Notes: generated from the sequence alone by a model not told the origin. 42,875 nucleotides of DNA from a virus (IMGVR_UViG_3300048848_000017:1-42875); one strand, 5' to 3'. Shown: positions 16,858 to 25,505, counted from the stretch's first letter. Numbers and translations are program-made.

Positions 16858-17123
16858 GCGCCGACAACCCACCTCCGGTAACGAAGTTCAAGTACACGCT
16901 GACGGTCTACGGCAACAGTCACGAGGAGGTCGAGGACGAGGTGCTGTTCATGACCCGTGGCGGCTACCTTCTCGACTCTAAGTATGGCGAGCGCGACGAG
17001 TTCAGAGTCACAGGCGGAAGGTCCACCCGCATCCTTGAGCACACCAACCCGGAGCAGACACCCGAGGCGTACATGCGGGAACTCAAGACGTGGTCATTCC
17101 GGCCTAAGGGTGGCGCGTCATGA
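16854..17123 (+). CDS. Hypothetical protein (MSADNPPPV...)
   Basis: ATGA coupling. Confidence 0.6.
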   Translation: MSADNPPPVTKFKYTLTVYGNSHEEVEDEVLFMTRGGYLLDSKYGERDEFRVTGGRSTRILEHTNPEQTPEAYMRELKTWSFRPKGGAS

Positions 17124-17143
17124 CACCCGCTAAAGTGCGACGT

Positions 17144-17305
17144 GTGCCGAACCAGCCCAAGACACCACAGCGAACGTTCCGCATACCCGACGACGAATAC
17201 ATCCCCGCCAAAGCCGCAGCAGAAACCAACGGCGAATCCCTCACCGACGTCATCCGCCGCGCACTCGTCGGCTACACCAAACGCACCGAACGGAAACACC
17301 AGTGA
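17144..17305 (+). CDS. Ribbon-helix-helix DNA-binding protein
   Basis: PKTPQRTFRIPDD...AAETNGESLTDVIRRAL beta-alpha-alpha pattern; -10 TAAAGT 7 nt before the GTG (alternative start 17120). Confidence 0.8.
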   Translation: MPNQPKTPQRTFRIPDDEYIPAKAAAETNGESLTDVIRRALVGYTKRTERKHQ

Positions 17306-17466
17306 CCGACACTGCGAGCTACACCATGGACGCACTACTGGAAGCCCGACGCGAACAACACGAGCGCAACCGGGCCGTCATCGACACCTACCCAGGGGAC
17401 TCCGACGTGGCGCGCTTCATCAGCTACTACGCCCACCAATGTGGCGGCCCTGACCCCCGCATCTGA
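17302..17466 (+). CDS. Small hypothetical protein (54 aa, MTDTASYT...)
   Basis: GTGA coupling; hand-translated. Confidence 0.5.
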   Translation: MTDTASYTMDALLEARREQHERNRAVIDTYPGDSDVARFISYYAHQCGGPDPRI

Positions 17467-17554
17467 TACACGCGTTGTCAGATGCACGCCTTCGAACCCA
17501 TGTTCTACACTCAACCCCAGCGTTGGATCCGCTTCTGGGAAGGGGACGCATCCA

Positions 17555-17609
17555 ACGACAAAGAACGCCCCTCGCCTGCATCGAACTCAGGCAAGGGGCG
17601 TTCTGTCGT
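17555..17609. terminator. Bidirectional terminator between convergent operons
   Basis: AGAACGCCCCT-c-GCCTG...CAGGC-a-AGGGGCGTTCT long stem. Confidence 0.75.
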
Positions 17610-17648
17610 ACAGGGGTGCGGTCAGCAACTTCGCGTTATGGGCGGGGG

Positions 17649-20237
17649 TCAGGCGGCGATGTCCTGCACCTTGAAGTTGTCGTAACGGCAGGCGATATTC
17701 GAGAACGACGACCGGATGCCGGCGCGAGTTCCCGTGGTGACCGTCGAGTCACTGACCGCGCCACCGGAGATTGCGGTTCCGTTCATGTACGGCACCAGTG
17801 CCGAGCCCTGCACCGACAGGCCCAACGTTTGACCCGCGCCCGGTGTGAAGATCCCAGCCGTCGAAGACCACAGGGCGGTGGTGGTGCCACCGGCTCGGCG
17901 CTCCAGGTACAGCTTCGAGTCCACAGCTGCGTACCGCAGGCTGTAGTAGCTGGCGTCGGACGTGAACCGCGCCGTCACACCGCCCTCGATCGCCGCCACG
18001 ACAGTCTCGACATACATGTCCGTGACACCCACATCGACCGAGGCGAACCGGGTGGTCGACAGGGCGGATGCGCCGACCTGGTTGGACAGGATCTGCAACT
18101 GCCCGGTGACTGACCATGCGAGTGCTGATCCGCCGTCTGCAATATCGGTGGTGCCGAGGCTGCCGGCTGCGGTGTCGGCGCGGTCGAAGCTGTCCGAGGT
18201 GAGCATGACCGGGGTCGGTGGCGCACCAGCTGCGGGAGTGGCGACGGTGATCGTGTCTGACCACCAGCCCGGCCCGGTCGCGTTGATGCCACGGTGGCGG
18301 ACCTTGTAGCTCGTCGACTCAGCGAGACCGCTGATGGTCGGTGAGGTCGACGCCCCGGTGTAGCCGACAATCCACGCGCCTTCACCGATCCGGTACTGCA
18401 CCTCGTGCGAGGTTGCACCGGTCGCCGCGCCCAGGGTGAGCGGGATGGTCGACGAGGTGGGCGTGCCCGCCGTCAGCGCGGCGGGTTTGGCCGGCGTCGG
18501 TGTCGCCGGATCGGCAGGGATCGCGAACGCCGACGTGGGGATCGAGGTGTCCACGGCGGTCAGTGGTGGCACGCCCATCGCGGTCAGGTCCACGATCGTG
18601 TTCTGACCGATGTGCACCGTCGCCGCGCCCACGGTCGAGAACGTCACGTCGAGGCGCACGTCGATCGCATCAGCAGGGATGGTGTCTTCGATCCAGATCA
18701 CCCCGGAGGTGGGGCGGCGGACCTGGTTGAGCGGGGTCAGCGTCTTGAGCGCGGTCCCGCCTGCGCCTCGGAAGATCAGCGCGATAGTCACGTAGGCGTC
18801 GTTGGCGCCGAGGTTCGGGAACTCGGTCTTGTACCGCAGCCCGAACGCGAGACGATCACCAGCGACCGGGGTGATTCCCGAGGTTCCGGCGAACGTCGAG
18901 AACGTCTTGATCATGTTGGCGTTGCCGCCGGAGTCGTTGACCTTGGTCAGGCGCAGCCACTTCCCGGCCTCCAGTCCGTCGCCGCCCACCGGGTCGATGA
19001 TCGCGGGGGTCAGGTTCGCCAGGGAGCTGCCCGAACTCCACCCCGGCGGGTACGCACCCGAGGGGCCGGAGCCGGTGCCATTGAGGAACAGCGGCGACGA
19101 CGCCAGGTTGATCAGGCTGTAGCGGTCCTTCTCCAGCGGCACGGACATCGTGGGGAACAGCGCGAGCAGGGAGTCTTTGACGAAGTCGGCGACCGCCTTG
19201 GCTCCGGCGTATCCCCAGTGCACGCCGTCGCCGGAGTAGCTGTCTTTGAAATTGCCGGTGTCGGGGTCGGTGACCTGGAGGTAGATGTCGACCAGCGGCA
19301 GGCGGTACTTGGCTGCCATCGCCCTGACGAAGACGTTCCACGCCAGGGTGAGTTGGTAGACCTGCGGCCCGGTGTTGGTGGCGGCGGCCGACGTGCGGGC
19401 GAAGTCGCGAGGCGGGATGGTCGCGAGGATCGGTTCGATCCCGGCGGCGAGCAGCGGCAGGATGATTCCCGTCTCGTATACCGATCGGGCGTCGTTGAAG
19501 TGGCTGTAGCCCTTGGTGGTGCTGTTCGACCCGGCCAGGACGAAGCAGCGCCCCGGCTTGCGGGCGATGACCTCAGAGTTCACGCGGGCGGCGATCTGCT
19601 GCACCGTGTCAGATGCAACACCAGCGTTGGCGGCAAAGATCATCCGGCCGGCAGAGGCCCAACACGCCAGGTGCGGGAAGCTGTTGCCGTACGACCGTGA
19701 CGCTTCGGTGGTGCCGATCTGGGTGTTCGAGTCGCCGAGGAACACAATCGACGGAGCGCGCCGAGGTGCGAGCGGCTGGGTCTTGGTCGCGACCGCCGTG
19801 TTCAGCTGGCCCTCGTCGACAGTCGCTGCCACCTCCACATCACCGGTGACCGGATCCACCGGAGTGCCGTTCACAGACCGCACATAAGTCTCGGCGAGGA
19901 CCGCATAGAGCGCTTCGAGTGCGGAAGGGTCGTCGGGTACGCCGGCGAACGATTGCAACAGGGTGAGATAGCGGCCGCCGCCGGAGGGGTTGACGAAGCG
20001 TCCGTTTTCCCATTCGGTGATGGTGCCGCCGTTGATGCGGACGCGGCTTTCGAATAGTCCTTCGGCGAGGTCGATGGTGAAGCCTTCGCCGTTGTTGGTG
20101 AATTTGGCTGCGCTGATGCCGGAGGTGACGATGGTTTGGCCGTTGTCGTCGCGCATGGTGATGGCCCGAAACTCGACCTTCCCACTCGCGAATTGCCCTG
20201 ATTTTGGATGACGCGGTACATCATGGACGACAGGCAT
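17649..20237 (-). CDS. Tail/receptor-binding protein with SGNH(GDSL) esterase and FN3 domains
   Basis: IVFLGDSNT, LAGSN and DGVH SGNH blocks; FN3-like TISGLAESTSYKVR; last gene of the late operon. Confidence 0.8.
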   Translation of the reverse strand: MPVVHDVPRHPKSGQFASGKVEFRAITMRDDNGQTIVTSGISAAKFTNNGEGFTIDLAEGLFESRVRINGGTITEWENGRFVNPSGGGRYLTLLQSFAGVPDDPSALEALYAVLAETYVRSVNGTPVDPVTGDVEVAATVDEGQLNTAVATKTQPLAPRRAPSIVFLGDSNTQIGTTEASRSYGNSFPHLACWASAGRMIFAANAGVASDTVQQIAARVNSEVIARKPGRCFVLAGSNSTTKGYSHFNDARSVYETGIILPLLAAGIEPILATIPPRDFARTSAAATNTGPQVYQLTLAWNVFVRAMAAKYRLPLVDIYLQVTDPDTGNFKDSYSGDGVHWGYAGAKAVADFVKDSLLALFPTMSVPLEKDRYSLINLASSPLFLNGTGSGPSGAYPPGWSSGSSLANLTPAIIDPVGGDGLEAGKWLRLTKVNDSGGNANMIKTFSTFAGTSGITPVAGDRLAFGLRYKTEFPNLGANDAYVTIALIFRGAGGTALKTLTPLNQVRRPTSGVIWIEDTIPADAIDVRLDVTFSTVGAATVHIGQNTIVDLTAMGVPPLTAVDTSIPTSAFAIPADPATPTPAKPAALTAGTPTSSTIPLTLGAATGATSHEVQYRIGEGAWIVGYTGASTSPTISGLAESTSYKVRHRGINATGPGWWSDTITVATPAAGAPPTPVMLTSDSFDRADTAAGSLGTTDIADGGSALAWSVTGQLQILSNQVGASALSTTRFASVDVGVTDMYVETVVAAIEGGVTARFTSDASYYSLRYAAVDSKLYLERRAGGTTTALWSSTAGIFTPGAGQTLGLSVQGSALVPYMNGTAISGGAVSDSTVTTGTRAGIRSSFSNIACRYDNFKVQDIAA

Positions 20238-20833
20238 CAAGACTCCTTGGTTGGTTGTGCGCGCATAAGGCGCTCGTACTGGCTGTCAGCTTCGGCAAGC
20301 CAGTCGATGAACCTGCCGGTTTTTGCGTAGTGAGAACGCATCCCCATGGCGCGATTGCAAGCCAAGCAACGGCGCCCGCCGTCCCGATCGCCTCGCAGGT
20401 TCGGTGCTTCGAGCTTGTGCCCCCGTGGGCAGTGCGTTCGGTTTGCGAGGTGATGGGTGCCGTGTCGAAGCTTGTCGAGATTGTTCTCTGATTTCGTGCC
20501 CCAGCACAGGTTGTCGGCGCTTGAGTTGAGTTGGTTCCCGTCGAGGTGGCGCACCTCTTGTCCTGGCTCTGGTTCGCCATGAAATGCCCGCGCAACGAGG
20601 CGGTGGATGGTGAAGCACCTAGGCTTCATTCCGCCCTTCAGCTTGATGGTGGGGTAACCACTCCTGGGGTTAATCCCGACTTTGAGAACCTTAGCTGCCA
20701 CTGGCATAGGCCAGCCGTTCCGTCTGATCACGGTCCGCGTGACAGACCGCACGTGGCCCAGGTTTGAGACTTCGTAAGAATCTTCGTAGCCGGGTACTGC
20801 ACGCCATTCTTCAGTGCGTTGGGTAGCATCCAT
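20237..20833 (-). CDS. NUMOD4-HNH homing endonuclease
   Basis: EEWRAVPGYEDSYEVSNLGHVRS (NUMOD4); HRLVARAF...VRHLDGNQLNSSADNLCW (HNH); THCPRGH; AAGGAGG RBS. Confidence 0.92.
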   Translation of the reverse strand: MDATQRTEEWRAVPGYEDSYEVSNLGHVRSVTRTVIRRNGWPMPVAAKVLKVGINPRSGYPTIKLKGGMKPRCFTIHRLVARAFHGEPEPGQEVRHLDGNQLNSSADNLCWGTKSENNLDKLRHGTHHLANRTHCPRGHKLEAPNLRGDRDGGRRCLACNRAMGMRSHYAKTGRFIDWLAEADSQYERLMRAQPTKES

Positions 20834-20913
20834 TGCTAGCCCCTCCTTGGTTGAGTCAAGTGGGTGGGTCAGTGGCCGCGTGGTGTTTCCAGCACCTGCG
20901 GCCACGTCCAATT

Positions 20914-20991
20914 CTACAGTAAGACAGGCGTTTTCGGGGTCTGCCATTGGCCGGTTTTGGGGTGGCGGGGTATGTCGTGGACAGCAGGCAT
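20914..20991 (-). pseudogene. Truncated duplicate of the tail-gene 5' end (MPAVHDIPRHPKTGQW...*)
   Basis: 12 of the first 15 aa are identical to the start of 17649-20237. Confidence 0.85.
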
Positions 20992-21341
20992 CAGGGCTCC
21001 TCGGGTTCGGGCGCAGGGGGTGGGTCGGTGATCGTGTAGCCGAAGCGGCCGAACACGTCGGCATGACTGGAGATGTCGGAGAACTGGAACAGCGCCGCCA
21101 AGCCTTCGCCCTCGTACGCTCCGGTTGCGTCCACCGCGAACACTTCAGCGCCGTGCGCGACCCGGACTTCCCCGTGCGCCTCCATCCACTGCGGGAGCTG
21201 CGGAATGTCGACGTCCGCCAACGGGCTCAAGTCACAAACGATGACGTACTCAACACCACCCAGCGGTGGGGCGAGTTGGTAGTGGGTGGCGACACCAGCC
21301 CACGACGCGGTGCCGGTGGGCAAGGGAGTTGCTGTTGGCAT
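20991..21341 (-). CDS. Conserved tail-region hypothetical protein
   Basis: TAATG coupling to the minor tail gene; ...GYTI C-terminus. Confidence 0.7.
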   Translation of the reverse strand: MPTATPLPTGTASWAGVATHYQLAPPLGGVEYVIVCDLSPLADVDIPQLPQWMEAHGEVRVAHGAEVFAVDATGAYEGEGLAALFQFSDISSHADVFGRFGYTITDPPPAPEPEEP

Positions 21342-22279
21342 TACGAGGTCCATTCGATGAGTGCGATGAGTGCGTTGCCGCCTTTGCCGCCGTCGCGGGT
21401 GACACCGAGTGCGCGCCCGCCGTGGCCGCCTGCGCCGCCGGGGAATCCGCCGTCGCCACCGTCAGTCGATCCGCCGACTGTCGTGGTCGTGGAGACGGAT
21501 TGGCCGCCAGCACCGCCGCCACCGCCAGCCAGGCCGGTGCCTGTTGTGGCCGCGTTGGCGCCAACCTGCCCAGGCGAGGCCGAATAGTCACCGCCCGCAG
21601 CGAGCGGCGTAGAGCCACCGTCCTGACCGATCGAAATGTTCGTAGAGCCGCCGGAGCCGGGCGCGGAGTTGTTGAGGTCTCCGTACCCTTCGTGGCTCAC
21701 CTTGGAGCCGGTGCCGTCCGTGGGTGAGGACACAATGGTGCCGAACGATGCGACCGTGGGGGTTGTTGTGCCACTGCCCTTCGCCCGACCCGCCGGGACA
21801 ACGCCGTTTACCGATGCCGGGACGGACGTGCCGGGGAGTTCGAAGTAGATGTAGCCGCCACCGAGGGAGCGGGGCGCCGTGCTGCCGGTGAGTTGCGCGT
21901 TCAGGCCTGCCCCGCCACCGCCCATGACGACGATGCCCAGCTTGACGAGGTTGCCTGGTTTTACGTAGGTGAAGTTGCTGGTGTAGACGGTGCGGGTGCC
22001 GCCGGTGAGTAGCGCTGTGACGGTGTTGTTGGCTGCGGCTGCGGCTGCGTCTGCTGCGTTGGCGGTTTCTTCGACGTCGTCGACCCGGCCGCGGAGTGCG
22101 TTGAAGAATCCTGCGATGAGTCCGCCGTCAGAGCTACCGCCGGAGTAGGTGCCGTTGAACATGTCGAGGAGGTCACCGAGGATGGGGATGTCGCCGAAGA
22201 AGTGCTCCCACAACAGTTCCAGAAGGTTGACGTCGCCTGTGGGTTTCGGGTTTCTGCCTGCCGGTATGCGTGGTGCCAT
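21341..22279 (-). CDS. Glycine-rich minor tail protein
   Basis: VMGGGGAG, GGFPGGAGG and GGNALIALIEW glycine-rich domain. Confidence 0.8.
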   Translation of the reverse strand: MAPRIPAGRNPKPTGDVNLLELLWEHFFGDIPILGDLLDMFNGTYSGGSSDGGLIAGFFNALRGRVDDVEETANAADAAAAAANNTVTALLTGGTRTVYTSNFTYVKPGNLVKLGIVVMGGGGAGLNAQLTGSTAPRSLGGGYIYFELPGTSVPASVNGVVPAGRAKGSGTTTPTVASFGTIVSSPTDGTGSKVSHEGYGDLNNSAPGSGGSTNISIGQDGGSTPLAAGGDYSASPGQVGANAATTGTGLAGGGGGAGGQSVSTTTTVGGSTDGGDGGFPGGAGGHGGRALGVTRDGGKGGNALIALIEWTS

Positions 22280-22956
22280 CAGAGCATTCCCTTCACGTAC
22301 GCCGCAGCCTCCGACAGATGCGCCCCATACATCGGATGGTTCCGGCGGTAGTTACGGACGTCCTCGACAGCGCGGGAGTACTGCTGCCACACCGACAACG
22401 GCTCCCACCAACGGACGGCGACTTGCTGCCACCGTCGTTTCTGGAGGCGGTCTGCGATGTCGGTGAGCCAGGCTTTCGGGTCACCGAGTGCGAACGCCGC
22501 CGACTGATCAGCCAACGTTCTGAGCGGACTATCGCGGGGGCAGTATGGGATCGGATCATCCAACCGCCACACCCACCGCGTGTTCGGCGCATCCTTACCA
22601 CCCGCAATCCCGAACGAGTTGGTACCCCAGTCCGGCTGATGCGGGTCCGCGACCAGGACCGTGCCGCGTAGGTTCCGGTGACCCAGACGAGCCACGTTCC
22701 CCGCGATCGCAGCACCAGCACTGAAGCCAAGTACCACGGCAGGCCCGTTGTCCAACTCCCGCAACAACAACGACTGACCCAACCCCGTCGTCGCCACATA
22801 ACTGTTACCACCAGGACGAGGCACAGGGCCATACGAAGCGGGGTGGGGCAACTCGATCACCTGCACACCAGACAGTTGACGGGTGACACCAGTGAGAAGG
22901 TTGTTGCCGATCTGCTCACCGATCCCGCGCACAGTTACCAAGCGAGTCGCGGTCAT
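22279..22956 (-). CDS. lysB: Lysin B (cutinase-like serine esterase)
   Basis: VRGIGE, YGP, GFSAGA (GxSxG), LVADP; in the lysis cassette. Confidence 0.85.
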   Translation of the reverse strand: MTATRLVTVRGIGEQIGNNLLTGVTRQLSGVQVIELPHPASYGPVPRPGGNSYVATTGLGQSLLLRELDNGPAVVLGFSAGAAIAGNVARLGHRNLRGTVLVADPHQPDWGTNSFGIAGGKDAPNTRWVWRLDDPIPYCPRDSPLRTLADQSAAFALGDPKAWLTDIADRLQKRRWQQVAVRWWEPLSVWQQYSRAVEDVRNYRRNHPMYGAHLSEAAAYVKGML

Positions 22957-23360
22957 GCGTGCTCCGTCCCCGCCGGCTTGTCCGGCTCATCAATCCCATG
23001 CGAAGAGATCCGCTGACGGAGCCGCGCAATCCACAACAACAGAGCCACAATCCGCTCATCGAGAACGTTGATCGTCGCGTCCCGCTTATCCAACTTCTCC
23101 TGCAACACATCGATGCGGCCCTCATAGCGGGCGCACTCCGCGTCATGCTGCGCCTCGGCCTTCTCCAACTCAGCCTCAGCCTCATGCAAAGCGCGCTCCA
23201 ACTTCGCCTTGTCATCCAACTTCGCCTTCGACCGGGCGCCGATGATCGTCGCTACGAAACCCGACAACGCCAGGATCAACGCAGTGAGGATGCCGACATT
23301 CTCAGTCGTCAGGACAGGCTCAGCCGCAACCATCACATTCGGTCCAGTGAACCCAATCAT
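22953..23360 (-). CDS. Lysis-cassette membrane protein (one TM + coiled coil)
   Basis: Hydrophobic helix followed by a charged coiled coil. Confidence 0.7.
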   Translation of the reverse strand: MIGFTGPNVMVAAEPVLTTENVGILTALILALSGFVATIIGARSKAKLDDKAKLERALHEAEAELEKAEAQHDAECARYEGRIDVLQEKLDKRDATINVLDERIVALLLWIARLRQRISSHGIDEPDKPAGTEHA

Positions 23361-23746
23361 CGATAGCCCCGTTCCGCGCAGGAGAACGCTAGGGCGGCGT
23401 GCCCGAACGCTGTCCACACCGCGATAGTCCCCGCCAGAACGGGTGTAGGTGGCTCAGAGAACCACGCTCCCAATAGAATCGCTGCACCGTAGAAGCCCCA
23501 CGTGAAAACTGATACCGCGTGAGCGACGACGAAACCCTTCTTGCGCCAGGACACGAACATCAGCCACACACCCGACAGCACAAACAGGACCGTCCACCAC
23601 GGGCCGACATTCTCGACCGTGACGACAAGGCTGATCTGTTCCGGTGGGAGTGGTCGGCGCACCAACTGGGACGGACCCAGATACAGTGCGCCGACGCACA
23701 CGTTCATTGCCCCGGCGGCACCGGCTACCAGCCGGGTACCGAGCAT
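23357..23746 (-). CDS. Lysis-cassette multi-TM membrane protein
   Basis: About four hydrophobic segments. Confidence 0.7.
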   Translation of the reverse strand: MLGTRLVAGAAGAMNVCVGALYLGPSQLVRRPLPPEQISLVVTVENVGPWWTVLFVLSGVWLMFVSWRKKGFVVAHAVSVFTWGFYGAAILLGAWFSEPPTPVLAGTIAVWTAFGHAALAFSCAERGYR

Positions 23747-24015
23747 CAGCGGGCAGGTGTGTTCGGATCACCGTCGACAATGTCAGCGACGTTGGTGATG
23801 AGCGTTTCGTTCTTCGCGATCCACACCCCGATTGCGGTGGCGCCGGCGATGGCGGTGTTGATCCACGTCAACTGCTCCGCGGGGATGACGTCACCGAACG
23901 CGGAGACGAGTGACACGACGAGCGCGACGACAGCACCGAGGAATGCGACGACGAACTTGGAGTACTGGCTGATGCGCTGCGCCACGGTGGGCTGAGTTCG
24001 TACGGTCATGGTCAA
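23746..24015 (-). CDS. Holin
   Basis: Two TM helices, KFVVAFLG...TAIGVW; follows lysin A. Confidence 0.75.
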   Translation of the reverse strand: MTMTVRTQPTVAQRISQYSKFVVAFLGAVVALVVSLVSAFGDVIPAEQLTWINTAIAGATAIGVWIAKNETLITNVADIVDGDPNTPAR

Positions 24016-25505
24016 TCCTTCTTTCGTGTGATGCGAACCGCGCCTGAGGGATTCCAGGCGAGGGAGTCGTGTTCGAAGTCCTGCATTTTCCCGCCATCGA
24101 AGTCATACTCATTCGAGGTAGGCCAACCCAGGTCGCGGGCTTCAGCGCCGCGCTGGTAGTACGAATCGCCGATGGCGCCAGTGACGTGATGGCCGGGGTC
24201 ATCGCCCAGTTTGCGGAAGACAACCCCACGCTCGAACGCCTGAATATCACCGACGTCCGCGATGTACGTGTGGTTCTTCACCGGGTAGCCCAGAGGGCCG
24301 TTCTCCCAGTTCAGTCCGGCCCAGTACTGGAAGATCCGCAGCGGCACAGCACGCGCACCGAACTTGGGATGCCAGTAGATGTAGCCGCGCTCGAACTGCG
24401 CGTATCGGCCTTTGCCGTCGACACCGCAAGTGCGTTCCTCACCGAGCTTCCCAACACGGGCGCCGAGCCAGTTCGTGGACTTCTCGATGATTCGTTGCAT
24501 CTCATCGATCTGATTCACCACAGGCGGGGGTGGAGGCTTCGCGCCACCATCGATCTGGTTCTGGATGTCGCGGCGGAAGGCGTTCATGTCGATGCCGCCT
24601 GGATCCCACTTGCCCTGCGACGGACCAGCCCATTCCTTGTGGCCGATGACCCGGTCGGCGCGGACGCCCAGGCGCCGGCAGATCGCCGCGCAGACCTTCA
24701 CGTAGGCCCAGTACTGCGCCGCGGACCAACCCTCGGTGCCGTTGTTGTCAGCCTCAATACCGATGGTCACCTGGTTGGCGCCGTTGTCCCGGATACCGGG
24801 CCACCGACCTGAGCCTGCATGCCATGCGATACCCGCGGCAACGACAGACGCGACACCGTTTCGAGCAAGGTAGATCTGCGACACCGGACCCGGCAGATCG
24901 GGGCGCCCGTTCGCGATGGACCCGGCACCGGAGTTGCCGGATGCGCCGGTGTGGTGAGCAACGATGCCCCAGATGTTCCCGAAGTCGCCGTGCCCATGAT
25001 TCTTCCAGTCGCCATACTCGACAGTCGCAACGCCCTCAGCGCGCAACACATCAGCCAGCCAAACGGGATCACCCATATTGGTCTCCTGTGATTGAGTGCC
25101 AGCGGCTTTCAGCCAACCGGCAGGATCGATACGTGCGCCGTCGCCATGTCCGCGAGGCCACACAGTGATGTGAAGATGAGGACCAGTCGAGCCACCGTTA
25201 GACCCGACATAGCCGATGTGCTGTCCAGCAGCGACCTTGCTGCCGACCTTCAGCCCCGCCGCGAATGCGTCCCACATGTGCCCGTACTCGACACACCCAC
25301 CGCCCTGCGCATCGTCGGAGTCGATGACGATCCACTGGCCGTAACCGTCCGCCGCGCCGATGTACTGAACCGTTCCCGCCTGGCACGCATAGAACTTCGT
25401 GCCATCCTTCGCAGCAAAGTCCAGCCCGTAATGGAAGCCGCCCGCCCGATTGCCAAACCCAGACGAGATCGAATACGTCCCAGCCTTCAGCGGGTAGACC
25501 CTCAC
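24012..25505 (-). CDS. lysA: Lysin A (M23 peptidase + amidase_2 + LGFP-like repeats)
   Basis: HYGLDF/GPHLH (M23); HHT, AWHAG, IGIEA, GHKEW..KWDPG (amidase); PLGYP/LGWP repeats. Confidence 0.92.
   Translation of the reverse strand: MRVYPLKAGTYSISSGFGNRAGGFHYGLDFAAKDGTKFYACQAGTVQYIGAADGYGQWIVIDSDDAQGGGCVEYGHMWDAFAAGLKVGSKVAAGQHIGYVGSNGGSTGPHLHITVWPRGHGDGARIDPAGWLKAAGTQSQETNMGDPVWLADVLRAEGVATVEYGDWKNHGHGDFGNIWGIVAHHTGASGNSGAGSIANGRPDLPGPVSQIYLARNGVASVVAAGIAWHAGSGRWPGIRDNGANQVTIGIEADNNGTEGWSAAQYWAYVKVCAAICRRLGVRADRVIGHKEWAGPSQGKWDPGGIDMNAFRRDIQNQIDGGAKPPPPPVVNQIDEMQRIIEKSTNWLGARVGKLGEERTCGVDGKGRYAQFERGYIYWHPKFGARAVPLRIFQYWAGLNWENGPLGYPVKNHTYIADVGDIQAFERGVVFRKLGDDPGHHVTGAIGDSYYQRGAEARDLGWPTSNEYDFDGGKMQDFEHDSLAWNPSGAVRITRKKD

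Noticed and set aside
11841-17485. GTTGTCAGATGC repeats as CRISPR repeats or PafBC sites
   Set aside because: They are only 12 bp, irregularly spaced by whole genes, and none has TA-N3-T ten bases after TGTCAG.
20237-20991. Group I intron or intein around the HNH gene
   Set aside because: Only about 80 nt of non-coding flank, no recognisable core; the duplicated start makes splicing unnecessary.
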